Shown here: positions 18,933 through 28,500 of the stretch, one piece after another
Layout of the letters: each line of letters starts with the position of its first letter
How positions within the stretch are numbered: position 1 is the first letter of the stretch
Origin: a virus
Lineage: Duplodnaviria > Caudoviricetes
Direction: 5' to 3' (one strand)
Virus record (IMG/VR): IMGVR_UViG_3300025645_000111
Span: 1 to 51,015 of that record
Length of the DNA: 51,015 nucleotides
Notes under the pieces: generated by a model
Database searches by the model: none
The model's input: the letters and a program-made list of their open reading frames with translations, nothing else
Told to the model about the DNA's origin: nothing
Position numbers and translations under genes: made by a program

Positions 18933-21433
18933 CTCATGCCTCCAAATTTGGCTCTCATTTCGGCCAGCTTTAGATTAGCTTGCTGATCCAGACGTTGTTC
19001 AGCGATGCCCAGCTTATCGTCGGCGACCTGTTTCTGAGTGTTAATACGCTCCTGAGCAATAGCAACATCCTGCAAGTTCTCGTCCTGCTTGGCTTGCTGC
19101 TTCATGTCAAACTGCTCAGAATCCTGGTCTATCTCTTTGTTTCTCAACTGTAACTCTTGCTGCCTAATGGCAACCAAAGGATCTGTCTCCGATCCCGTAT
19201 CCATAGAGGCAAGCAACTCTTGCGTAAGCTGCGCCATAATCGGGGCGCTGTACTGCTCTTGCATCATCTGAATTTGTCCCTGCATTGCTGCTACCTGGTC
19301 AGGCGGCACCTGGCCGGACTGCGCTTGCTGCTGCATGCCCTGGATCTGCTCCTGGACTTCAGGAGGCATTTGCTCCTGGGCAGCTTCGGTGGCCATAAAC
19401 TGCAAGTGCTGCATCATGTGGGATATAATTCCACTCTGCAGCTGGGGCGTTGTTTTTACTATCTCAGTCATAAAGAGAGACTTATGCGCCTCAATATGCG
19501 CCTGGTGATTCTGAGGCGGGAATGCGTTAGCAGGCTGCCCCATCATAAATCCACTGTTCTCCATACCAGCATCCACCGGAGAAGGCGGCTGTGGCACAGG
19601 GGGAGGAGTTAGCAGTGAATCGACGTTATCAACCCCCAGGGCTGCATACATCCGGCGATAAGCCTCATAGATGCCATTGGGTCCATGTATCTGTGGATTG
19701 CTTTGCACCATTGTCAGCAGCTCTTGAGCTAGAGTAATTCTCTGGCTCTGGCTAAAGATATTAGGATCACTGACTGGAATAATATCCACTCGACCGTCAA
19801 AGTCCTCTCCCTTTATTTCTTGGGGTCCGGTGCCGGTGTTATATGGATAGCTAGGTGGCAGATACTCGCCAAAAACTTTTGCAAGTAAATTAAACTCTAA
19901 GCGCTGCGAATAATGCAGCCGCTTATGAATCGCGGACATAACTTTTGTGCCGCGCTCTAACAATGCGACTGTGGTGCCAACAGGCATAGCCTGGTTAGCA
20001 TCGCCAATGTTCATATCGCCAATGCTGGCAAACCGCTTGCCTGAATCAACCAGCATAGCAAGCATGCCCTGAAGCACGCTGCTTGGTTCTTTAATTGGTA
20101 ACGGAATAAGGTTGTCTTTTAGAGACGCGCCAGTGGTATCAATGTCTCTAAACTCACCTGGCTGTAAAGGCTCATCTTCATCGCGTATTCGCATGCCGCG
20201 TGCTTTAAAGCCTGCAGGTAAGTTAGCCAAGGTGCCGGCATCAATAAGCTGGCGAAGAATAGACGTTGACGCCTTGGATATACCGCCAATCATATGGCTT
20301 AACCCAAGACCGTAAAAACCCAAGCCTGGTAAAAACTTGTACTGAACAAAGAAATTAATCTTGTCCTTGGAGGGATCTTCTTCCTGGTAGTTGCGTCTAA
20401 TAGCAAGAACCTTCTGACTGCCTTCGTCTATAGTGACAATGTACGGCAGCTTTAACCCAGTCTCCTCGCCATCTTCCCCCAAATCTTCAAAGCCAGGTAA
20501 GTCCAGGACGCAATGGGTCTCATAGACAACGTGATCTCTGTCCTCCTGGTAGCTTGGCGACATTCCTTCAATTTCATCAATCTGCTCTTCAATCTCATCT
20601 CGACTAAAGTGCTGCCCACCACCCTTGAGCTCAACATCGGCATAAAACCCAGAAAGCTGCTGCTTCTTGATTTCATTCCTAGACATGTTGATAACGTGAG
20701 TCACTCGCTCGGCTGAGCTTAGATCTGTGGCCTCGTAAGGGACTATTAAGTCCTGGGGCATAATAAACTTGGATAACGCACGGTTCTGAACCGTGTCGTA
20801 ATAAACTTTCTTAAACGCGCTGCCGGCCAGAGGCAAATAAAACAACAGCATGTCTAGCTCTGGGTCGTACTCCTGCATCACATTCATGATGTAGAAGTTC
20901 ATGAACTCCTGAACGCGGTCAGCCTGCATCTCAACTTCAGCAGTTCTTGCTCCCACGATCTCTGTCTTAACAGGACCTTTTGCTGGCAGCAGTTCTTTGT
21001 ATGCCTGGGCCTGAAACTGCGTTACAGCTTCTGCAAGTATAGGGTGAATAACGCCGGAGCTTCCCTGGAAGGGTGTGGACCTGGCATCATCAAACTTCAT
21101 GCCCAGGTACTTTAAGCCGTCTGTGTAAGTCTTTTCCCAATCGGATCTTGACTCTTTGTCGGCCTTAATTGACTCTAAAACATCGCCAGCTAGAGAGCTA
21201 AGCTCTCCTGAATCAAGGTAATCAACCAGGTTGACGTTGAAATCTATCTGAGGCGCTTCATCTATCGCGTCGATTTCATCATCGACCAGGATATCTTTTT
21301 CTGTGACCAGAATCTGCGCTGCGTTCTCAATCAAGTCCTGGCGAGTAGGCTCTTGCGTAACTTGCATACCAGAACCCAACTGGATTATGTCGCCATCGTC
21401 CTCAGTGCCTAAGTTTCTTTTTTCAATCGCCAT
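18929..21433 (-). CDS. Portal protein
   Basis: 834 aa directly after terL; HPILAEAVTQFQA, GSAFKKVYYD, Gln-rich C-terminal coiled coil. Confidence 0.85.
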   Translation of the reverse strand: MAIEKRNLGTEDDGDIIQLGSGMQVTQEPTRQDLIENAAQILVTEKDILVDDEIDAIDEAPQIDFNVNLVDYLDSGELSSLAGDVLESIKADKESRSDWEKTYTDGLKYLGMKFDDARSTPFQGSSGVIHPILAEAVTQFQAQAYKELLPAKGPVKTEIVGARTAEVEMQADRVQEFMNFYIMNVMQEYDPELDMLLFYLPLAGSAFKKVYYDTVQNRALSKFIMPQDLIVPYEATDLSSAERVTHVINMSRNEIKKQQLSGFYADVELKGGGQHFSRDEIEEQIDEIEGMSPSYQEDRDHVVYETHCVLDLPGFEDLGEDGEETGLKLPYIVTIDEGSQKVLAIRRNYQEEDPSKDKINFFVQYKFLPGLGFYGLGLSHMIGGISKASTSILRQLIDAGTLANLPAGFKARGMRIRDEDEPLQPGEFRDIDTTGASLKDNLIPLPIKEPSSVLQGMLAMLVDSGKRFASIGDMNIGDANQAMPVGTTVALLERGTKVMSAIHKRLHYSQRLEFNLLAKVFGEYLPPSYPYNTGTGPQEIKGEDFDGRVDIIPVSDPNIFSQSQRITLAQELLTMVQSNPQIHGPNGIYEAYRRMYAALGVDNVDSLLTPPPVPQPPSPVDAGMENSGFMMGQPANAFPPQNHQAHIEAHKSLFMTEIVKTTPQLQSGIISHMMQHLQFMATEAAQEQMPPEVQEQIQGMQQQAQSGQVPPDQVAAMQGQIQMMQEQYSAPIMAQLTQELLASMDTGSETDPLVAIRQQELQLRNKEIDQDSEQFDMKQQAKQDENLQDVAIAQERINTQKQVADDKLGIAEQRLDQQANLKLAEMRAKFGGMR

Positions 21434-22917
21434 TAGTAATATACCACCCTATCTCGTTTTAAGAATTGGGCCTCGTCTTGATAATCAGTCTCCAAGTTTA
21501 GGAACCCGCCTTGCCGGAACCGCATCAATGCCATTGTAGCACTGTCGCAAAAATCATCGTGCTCACCAAACGGAAAGGCCGCCATTTCCTCAATTACTTC
21601 TTCTGCAAAACCCTCTTCTGGAGCCCACACCATTCCTGATTCAAAAATAGGCGCCACTGAATTCATTCTTGCTATTTTATCTTGACCACGGCTCGGTGTA
21701 TATGCCATAACAGGTATTCCCATTCGACGCAACTCCTGCGTCAATGGTGTACCACTTGCCTTTGCTTCAATTAAAACGCAATCAGGTTCCCAATATTTAT
21801 ACTCATCATACGCTAATCTCTTCAATTCTGGAAAGTCTAAGCGAACACGCTTAGCGTCCAGGAGCATAATCGCCTCTGGACCCTCTGCCTCTGGCTCAAA
21901 AACAGCCCAGGTTGTAATGGCAGAATAGTCAGCAGTTTCCTTGGCTGAGAAGGCGGTATCATAGCTTTGAATAACGTAGCTGTAGGCTGGGACCTTTTCC
22001 TCTTCCCAGGTTTGCCACCACTCTCTTTTGACTATCGCGCCGCTTTGAGCGGTGGGCTGCTGCATCCACTGAGCATTCCATTTGCTGATCGGCAGCGAAG
22101 CCTTAACCGATAAGAGTTCTTCTTTGTTCCAAAACTCAGGCCATAAAGGCTCTTCTGACTCAGGCATGATCGCAGGAAATTCAACAACCTCCCACTGATC
22201 GGCGTGCTCATCACCCTGGCGAGAAAGGACCTTTCCAACCAGGTCTTTGGTGCTCCACCTGGTCATCACAATGATAATGATCCCGCCAGGCTGCAGACGC
22301 TGCCTGGGACCAGATGTATACCATTCGTATGCTGCATCCATGGATGTGGGAGAAAGGGCGTCTTGCTCAGAGTGAGGGTCATCAATAATTAGAAGGTCAG
22401 CACCACGACCAGTAATAGCGCCACCAACACCAGCATAGAAGGATTCACCTTCCTGGTTAGTGGTCCATCTTCCTGCAGACTTGTTGTCTGATTGTAATTT
22501 TAAATCAGGAAAGACATGCTGATAGTCTTCGCTATCAATAAGGTTTCTGACTTTCCGGCCAAACCTGACAGCAAGCTCTGCGGTGTGAGTCGTCTGAATA
22601 ATCTTGAGATCACCCCTGCGCCCCATCATCCAGGCTGGAAAGAAGGTGGATGCAAACTCAGATTTGGAATGCCTGGGCGGCAAGCAAACAATTAAACGCT
22701 TGAGCTTACCATCGGCAATACGATTAAACTTTTCGCCAATGATCTTATGATGTCGCCCCAGGATACACTCAGGCCACATATGCTTGACAAAGTTAATGAA
22801 GTCGCCCTGGCAGTCGTCTTGCGTTTCAAGTCTCTGATATCGGCTCAGAAGAGCCATAGCTTCGTTCTTTTCTGCCTCAGACAGGACATCAAAGTCCTTG
22901 AAGTCTATGTCAGACAT
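21433..22917 (-). CDS. terL: Terminase large subunit
   Basis: Walker A variant LPPRHSKS, Walker B LLIIDD, coupling motif MTRW, nuclease YDTA and HDDFCD; probable start MSDIDF at 22917. Confidence 0.92.
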   Translation of the reverse strand: MSDIDFKDFDVLSEAEKNEAMALLSRYQRLETQDDCQGDFINFVKHMWPECILGRHHKIIGEKFNRIADGKLKRLIVCLPPRHSKSEFASTFFPAWMMGRRGDLKIIQTTHTAELAVRFGRKVRNLIDSEDYQHVFPDLKLQSDNKSAGRWTTNQEGESFYAGVGGAITGRGADLLIIDDPHSEQDALSPTSMDAAYEWYTSGPRQRLQPGGIIIIVMTRWSTKDLVGKVLSRQGDEHADQWEVVEFPAIMPESEEPLWPEFWNKEELLSVKASLPISKWNAQWMQQPTAQSGAIVKREWWQTWEEEKVPAYSYVIQSYDTAFSAKETADYSAITTWAVFEPEAEGPEAIMLLDAKRVRLDFPELKRLAYDEYKYWEPDCVLIEAKASGTPLTQELRRMGIPVMAYTPSRGQDKIARMNSVAPIFESGMVWAPEEGFAEEVIEEMAAFPFGEHDDFCDSATMALMRFRQGGFLNLETDYQDEAQFLKRDRVVYY

Positions 22918-23353
22918 GGGACCATTCTTCTTCAAGCCAAAGAAGAGCTTCAGCCTCTCTGCGCCGCACCAGGCCATCTAGGACCTTGCCGCCGGCTTTA
23001 TTCCATCGCTTTATTTGATGAGGTACGTCATCCAGGTCCCCAGAGTTTAGCCTGGTCAGAAGCGTAGAAGATTTTAGATTAGTTGGCCCCAGGTTGAACG
23101 TCCAGGCAACCAGGGCATCAAATTGATTTTGCGTGAGCTCTGTATCTACCAGGTCATTGACATAACCCTCAAACTCTACCAGGTCATCTATGAGGATCGT
23201 CTCAGCATCGTCCTTGGTGCAAGTATCGCCTTCACTTACTCCCCTGGTATGGCCATAGCCTATAGTCCAAACGTCTGCGCTGCACTGATACGCATTTAAT
23301 TCACAGCCCTCAAACTTCTTAATTAAAGCTATGCCTTCTCCGCTTGTTTTCAT
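22910..23353 (-). CDS. Endolysin (GH24 phage lysozyme)
   Basis: IKKFEG...YQCSADVWTIGYGHT...QNQFDALV...GLVRRREAE; probable start 23353 with AGGAG RBS. Confidence 0.92.
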   Translation of the reverse strand: MKTSGEGIALIKKFEGCELNAYQCSADVWTIGYGHTRGVSEGDTCTKDDAETILIDDLVEFEGYVNDLVDTELTQNQFDALVAWTFNLGPTNLKSSTLLTRLNSGDLDDVPHQIKRWNKAGGKVLDGLVRRREAEALLWLEEEWSHV

Positions 23354-23470
23354 GATCTTTGGCTTCTCCTGGTGACGCTGCTGTGTTATGCAATTTTTGA
23401 TAACATTGTACAGTCGAATTAGCTGGGCGTATATAATCATCTTCCAGGCAACCAGGTTTTGTGGGGTGGA

Positions 23471-23848
23471 CTACTTCTCTCGCTGAACGCCCTTGGTCTT
23501 TTCATAGGAGCGCATCGCGCCCATGCCGAGCATGCCCATGAGGACGGGGGTGAGAAGGGATGGGTCAACTTCTGGCACATCAAACCAAATGCCGAGTATC
23601 TGGGCCAGCAGTACGTTGTATAAAAGACCGATTCCGCAAATCCAGCCGACAAAGGGACGCCAGCCGGCGACGAACAGTGATTTATGGGCAGCCTCTACTT
23701 TGTTTACTTCCAGCTGCGCTTTGTTTATCTCTAATGCTTGCTTAGAGGCCAGGGTGGATATCTCATGGGCCAGGGCGTTAGCCTGGTCCTTATCCTCGAT
23801 AAATTTATCCAGGAGTCCAGCGACTGGTCCAATTAGCTTATCAAGCAT
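23471..23848 (-). CDS. Holin (3TM / GTA-type holin family)
   Basis: SLFVAGWRPFVGWICG and LMGMLGMGAMRSYEK; upstream of the endolysin. Confidence 0.8.
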   Translation of the reverse strand: MLDKLIGPVAGLLDKFIEDKDQANALAHEISTLASKQALEINKAQLEVNKVEAAHKSLFVAGWRPFVGWICGIGLLYNVLLAQILGIWFDVPEVDPSLLTPVLMGMLGMGAMRSYEKTKGVQREK

Positions 23849-24033
23849 TATTCCATCCACTTAGATGCGGCAAACACCGCAATGATTGTTGGGTAAATAC
23901 CCCAAAGCATAGCCTCTAGCTTGTCAAATCGCTTGCTGCCACCATCTAGTCTGCGGCCAATGTTCTCATACCTAATCAGGCACTCAGCCTCATGCTTTTC
24001 AAGTCGGGCAATTGTCTCTTTTACTGTGGCCAT
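23848..24033 (-). CDS. Small membrane protein of the lysis region
   Basis: 61 aa; HEAECLIRY coiled coil plus C-terminal hydrophobic helix. Confidence 0.7.
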   Translation of the reverse strand: MATVKETIARLEKHEAECLIRYENIGRRLDGGSKRFDKLEAMLWGIYPTIIAVFAASKWME

Positions 24034-24049
24034 AATTTATAATTTAAAG

Positions 24050-24277
24050 TTAGTCTAGTGGTCTCTGGGCGGGAATGCCTATCCTGCCCCGTTCTTCTTC
24101 CTCTTCATCAGCCTTGATGGTGGAAATGTCTATCCCTTCTGTCACAAAGATATCAGGATAGCATACTGTCTTTTTCGGGTCACTGACGCAAAAAAAGCCG
24201 GTGAACTCCATCACATAAGAATCTTGGTCCTCCGATTCCCATATTCTGTTTGACCAGGCGCGAGTCTCTACGTCCAA
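24050..24277 (-). CDS. Hypothetical protein; frame open further upstream to 24490 without a canonical start
   Basis: ORF-track TTG start; manual translation shows no stop up to 24490. Confidence 0.45.
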   Translation of the reverse strand: MDVETRAWSNRIWESEDQDSYVMEFTGFFCVSDPKKTVCYPDIFVTEGIDISTIKADEEEEERGRIGIPAQRPLD

Positions 24278-24438
24278 AGAAACTCCGAGCGTGACGGCTA
24301 GTCTATTGTAAATATAGACCGACCTACTGGGGCTGCATTTTCCTATGTTGTACCTAAACCAATGTATGGCTCGCAGCTTCCGCTCGGTGGTATCGTGTAC
24401 TCCGCCAAGAAGATTAAAGGTTGCCAGGTCGCAAGCCT

Positions 24439-24750
24439 TTACTTCTGGTTTTGTGCGATAAGCAGCTCCACCAGCGTTTGAAGTTTTGCATCACTGGCCT
24501 TAGCCGTTTCCTGCATGTCCGTCAGACTCTTGGCAATGCTCTTGATTGCCTGCTCATTTAATTTTGTGGATGTGCCGTTCTCAACAGCCTTTTTGTTGGT
24601 CTCAACAACAATTTTTTCCACACGATCAAGCTCCTTCTTGGTGGTCTCAGCATTTGCCTGGGCTGCGCCATAAGACACGGCCCCGACAAAAAGAGAAATT
24701 ACCAAGGGGAGCATATAAGTTGGGATAGTGATCCCTTTATCATCTGACAT
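24439..24750 (-). CDS. Membrane-anchored coiled-coil protein (possibly spanin-like)
   Basis: N-terminal hydrophobic helix followed by a coiled coil; AGGAGG RBS. Confidence 0.65.
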   Translation of the reverse strand: MSDDKGITIPTYMLPLVISLFVGAVSYGAAQANAETTKKELDRVEKIVVETNKKAVENGTSTKLNEQAIKSIAKSLTDMQETAKASDAKLQTLVELLIAQNQK

Positions 24751-24759
24751 GCTTGCCTC

Positions 24760-24984
24760 CTAGTGAGACGATTCAACCGCCTCTTCATCATCAAAAGAGC
24801 TTGTCAACATGTTTACAAAAGCCTCGCGGCCTACCTGCAGCTGATCCATATTAAACCGCAAATTACCTAGCTTCTTATCCAGGTCCGCTATGTGGTTGAC
24901 CATAGCAATCTGCTGCTCATTTAAGTCTTCTATGTTGTGCTCTACGTCATTAACAGTAATGGTTTTCTTTTCATTTTTCGCCAT
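24760..24984 (-). CDS. Small coiled-coil protein of the tail-fibre cluster
   Basis: 74 aa; AAGGAG RBS. Confidence 0.7.
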   Translation of the reverse strand: MAKNEKKTITVNDVEHNIEDLNEQQIAMVNHIADLDKKLGNLRFNMDQLQVGREAFVNMLTSSFDDEEAVESSH

Positions 24985-25008
24985 TATAAGTCTCCTTTAG
25001 TTTTAAAT

Positions 25009-25161
25009 TTATTTGTCCTTCCTGTTCCACAGGTCAAACAAGGTTTTTACTTTTTCCTTAATCTGCTCGATATCTGCGTGCATTTTAGCCAGCACAATTA
25101 CTAGAGTTACAAACCCTAATGCAATGGGCCAAAGTGCCCCAATGGCGTCAAGACCATCCAT
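25009..25161 (-). CDS. Small membrane protein (50 aa)
   Basis: Manual translation MDGLDAIGALWPIALGFVTLVIVLAKMHADIEQIKEKVKTLFDLWNRKDK. Confidence 0.65.
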   Translation of the reverse strand: MDGLDAIGALWPIALGFVTLVIVLAKMHADIEQIKEKVKTLFDLWNRKDK

Positions 25162-25193
25162 ATACCTGGCATCTCAAAGTTTAACACGGTGGA

Positions 25194-25544
25194 TTAAGAC
25201 GACCAGGGAACCCCTGAAGCTGTCGTTGCAGCCGCATCAATTTGCTTTTGAACCTTAGCGTCACGGTCCGCTTCTACGCGAGCTTTAGCTTCGGCAGCGG
25301 TTTCGTCGCCTTCGATCAAGCTGTCGTAGACCCAACCAAGAACATCGTTCTCTGTTAGATCAGCGTATGGAATAAAGTCTGAAGCTGAAGCATCATATGT
25401 GCATCGCAGCTTGCCTCCTTCAGAAGCAGTGTACGATGGAGTACCATCGCTTGCCGCTACCATCGACCAGTAAACTAAAAAGACACCGCCATCGGCGTCC
25501 GTGTGTTGCATGTCCTGTATGGACCATGTGTTGTTAATTGCCAT
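25194..25544 (-). CDS. Tail-fibre-associated protein
   Basis: 116 aa directly after the fibre; FIPYADLTENDVLGWV; AAGGAG RBS. Confidence 0.7.
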   Translation of the reverse strand: MAINNTWSIQDMQHTDADGGVFLVYWSMVAASDGTPSYTASEGGKLRCTYDASASDFIPYADLTENDVLGWVYDSLIEGDETAAEAKARVEADRDAKVQKQIDAAATTASGVPWSS

Positions 25545-25568
25545 GTTTCTTTCTCCTTTAATGACAGT

Positions 25569-28500
25569 TTATGATTCTAAGTCCGCTACTCGCGCACGTA
25601 GGGTTTGTATTTCTTTGACAAGCATTGGGACTAGCTTGCTGTAGTCCACACCCATCATTTCGTCAGGGTCTTCTAAGGCTGATACTGCTTCTGGTGCAAC
25701 GATTTGTAATTCTTGAGCTACCATACCGTAATCTTGGTGAGAGCCGTCTGCTTTCCAATCAAACTTGCGTACTTGGATGGAGTCTATCTTGCTACCTGCG
25801 TCATCAGCGTCTGCAATGTTTTCTTTGAGGCGTTGGTCTGATGAGGTGTTGTAGGCAGTCCCACTTGAATTGGATATAATTGACCCTTTGTTAGCACCGC
25901 CAAGATAGAAAAATAATTGGCTACCTGACCCAGTATCTATTGCAACCCCATAGGCGTTTGCATTAGAGTTTGTGAAATGCCCAACAAAATGTGATGCTTG
26001 GTTTTCACTTACTGTAAGTGTAGCCTGTTGTGTAGCAGTACCCATACATACTGCATTATTACCACTATCGACAAACAGCATATGGGTGTCGCTGTCAGAC
26101 TCAACGCGGAAGTCTTGCCCTGCGTTACCTGCATCGTTAAATATAGCTCCAGACGAATTTAACGCCATGAGACTAATCCAACTGATACTTGCGTCTGACC
26201 CTGTGTCAGCGGCATAGTTAAAATTATATGCGGCACTACCTGTTTGGAGCATGGTTGGGGCATAGCCCGTAAGCCGTTGTTTCCACCCAGAACCGTAGTA
26301 AGCGTTGTGTAGTAAGTAAGTGAAGTTGTTATCTACAGAGAGGTTAAAACAAGCATTGGAGTAACTAGCCCCTTGAAAAGCGTAAAGGTTATCTGCAACT
26401 ACAACGCTGTTGCCGCCTATCCATGATGGTACACCTGCGGGCATTCCCATTGAAACAATATCTTCACCACTATCAACAAACAGCATATGGGTGTTGTTGT
26501 CAGACTCAACGCGGAAGTCTAATGAGGCTGAACCACCTTCGTTAGCTATGACACCACCACTTGTGAGAGACAGGACATTTGTTACTGATCCTACATAATA
26601 ATCGTACCCGCTTGCGTAGAACCTAGCCGTGTCATACGCGGCGGTAGAGCGGTTATAGAACTGGACAAGGCTGGTAGTGGTATTTATACCCTGTGGACCG
26701 AGCTCAATACCGGACGAGCCGTCCTTAGATACTACAAACTCATAACTTGGCGCTCCGGTGCCGATCCCGACCCGATTATTATTAGCATCAACAAACAACA
26801 TATTAGCGTTGCCGTTAGACTCAACGCGGAAGTCACGGTCTACGCTTGCATTGTTTATTACTAGCTCGCTCGGCAAAATATCTAAAGCGTTTACGGCATT
26901 ACCCGCAGTCATGACTTGGATGTCCATTCCAAAATCTTCGGTGCCGTCGGTTACGTCCTTTATGTAAGAACGCACTTTCATATAATCTTTTATCGCACCT
27001 GCACTATTTCTACCTTGATAAAAAATAGTTGATAAAGGGTCATCATCAGCAGGGCTTGAGGAGTCTCTGAAAAGAACTATGTCTGGCCCAGAAGCATTAT
27101 TTGCCTGTGTGCTGTGTAAAGTTAGGTATGTTCCATCAAGAGTATTTTTTATTATTGCATCACCAAGAACGGACAATGTTTTAGTTGGTGTTGACTCGCC
27201 TATACCGACTCTATTATTGCCACCATCAACCCTTATCATATTAGCGTTGCCGTTTGACTCAACGCGGAAGTCTACATCTGCACTATCTTCGTTAAATATA
27301 ACACCACCTGCGGCACGAACATCTAGTATATCAGTGCTTGAGATGTACATCTTTCCAACAGTCTGACTGCCAGAATTAGTTTCCATATTAATGTTGCCAA
27401 TTTCGTTCGCACCATTAACAAAACTTATTACACCACTGTCAGCACCATTAGATGCTGTAGAGCCAATGTTTAATCTACCTCTGTTAGCTGTGCCAATAAT
27501 ACCTACATAGGTTCTTGCGGCAGTGCCATCGCTTGTAACATCACCGTCAGCTACGCCTATTCCGACAGAGCCGAGGTTATTGATGGTCATTTTTGCTGAG
27601 TTCACGCCAGACGTAGCTGTCTGAAACTGAAGGCCAGAAGACAAAGTTGTGCCGCTATTGACCTCTGCAACAGCGCTAATTCGAGCCATTTGTTGCGTAT
27701 TACCATCCCCATTACGATCACCAGCAAACACGATGCCGGGGCCAAAGCCTGTAGTAGTAGTGCCAGAGGAACGGGCGTTAAGGTACAGTTTCGTATCTAC
27801 AGCGTTTGTTGTACCCGTAGAACTTGATATTCTTAAACCATTTGCTTGAACAGAGCCATCACCAATACCTACACCGTCTGCACCAGCATCAACAAACAAC
27901 ATATGTGACAGGTTGTCAGACTCAACGCGGAAGTCTAGGTTCACGGCAGTATCGTTGATTACAACTTCTTGAGTATCTGCATGCAGAATACTACGGCTGT
28001 TTGTTACGTCATAAATGTCTAACGAACCGTTGGCTACTTGTCCATCCGCAATTCTCCAATTCTTAGTGGTTGCACCGGTTTTAGCAATTTCAAATCCGAC
28101 TGTACTATTTCCGCCAACTTCTGTTTTTACTAGCGTTGTGCCTGTTGATTTTTCAACATGGAGGATTTCATCGGCGGATTCAACGCCTATACCTACGTTC
28201 CCGCGATCTAACGTAAGCGTGTTGTTATATGCGGTGCCGTTGTTTGTAAGGTGAAACTGATACCCAACAACGCCGCTTGCGACTATCGCTGAGTCTAGCT
28301 CTAAGAAAAAATTATCTTCCCCCGAAGCGTAGGAACCTCTTAGTATGTTGGCGTTATCACCAAACTGTATATCTAAAGGTGCGGCAGGGGAGCTAGTAAA
28401 CAAACCAACGCGACCATTACCTGCATCAACAAACAAAGCATGAGTGTTAGCGTCTGATTCAACGCGGAAGTCCCTATCGGCACCTGTTTCATTGAAAGTG

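Noticed and set aside
26098-28472. Fibre repeats as a CRISPR array
   Set aside because: Repeats are 17 bp with 315-663 bp in-frame coding intervals, and no cas genes are present
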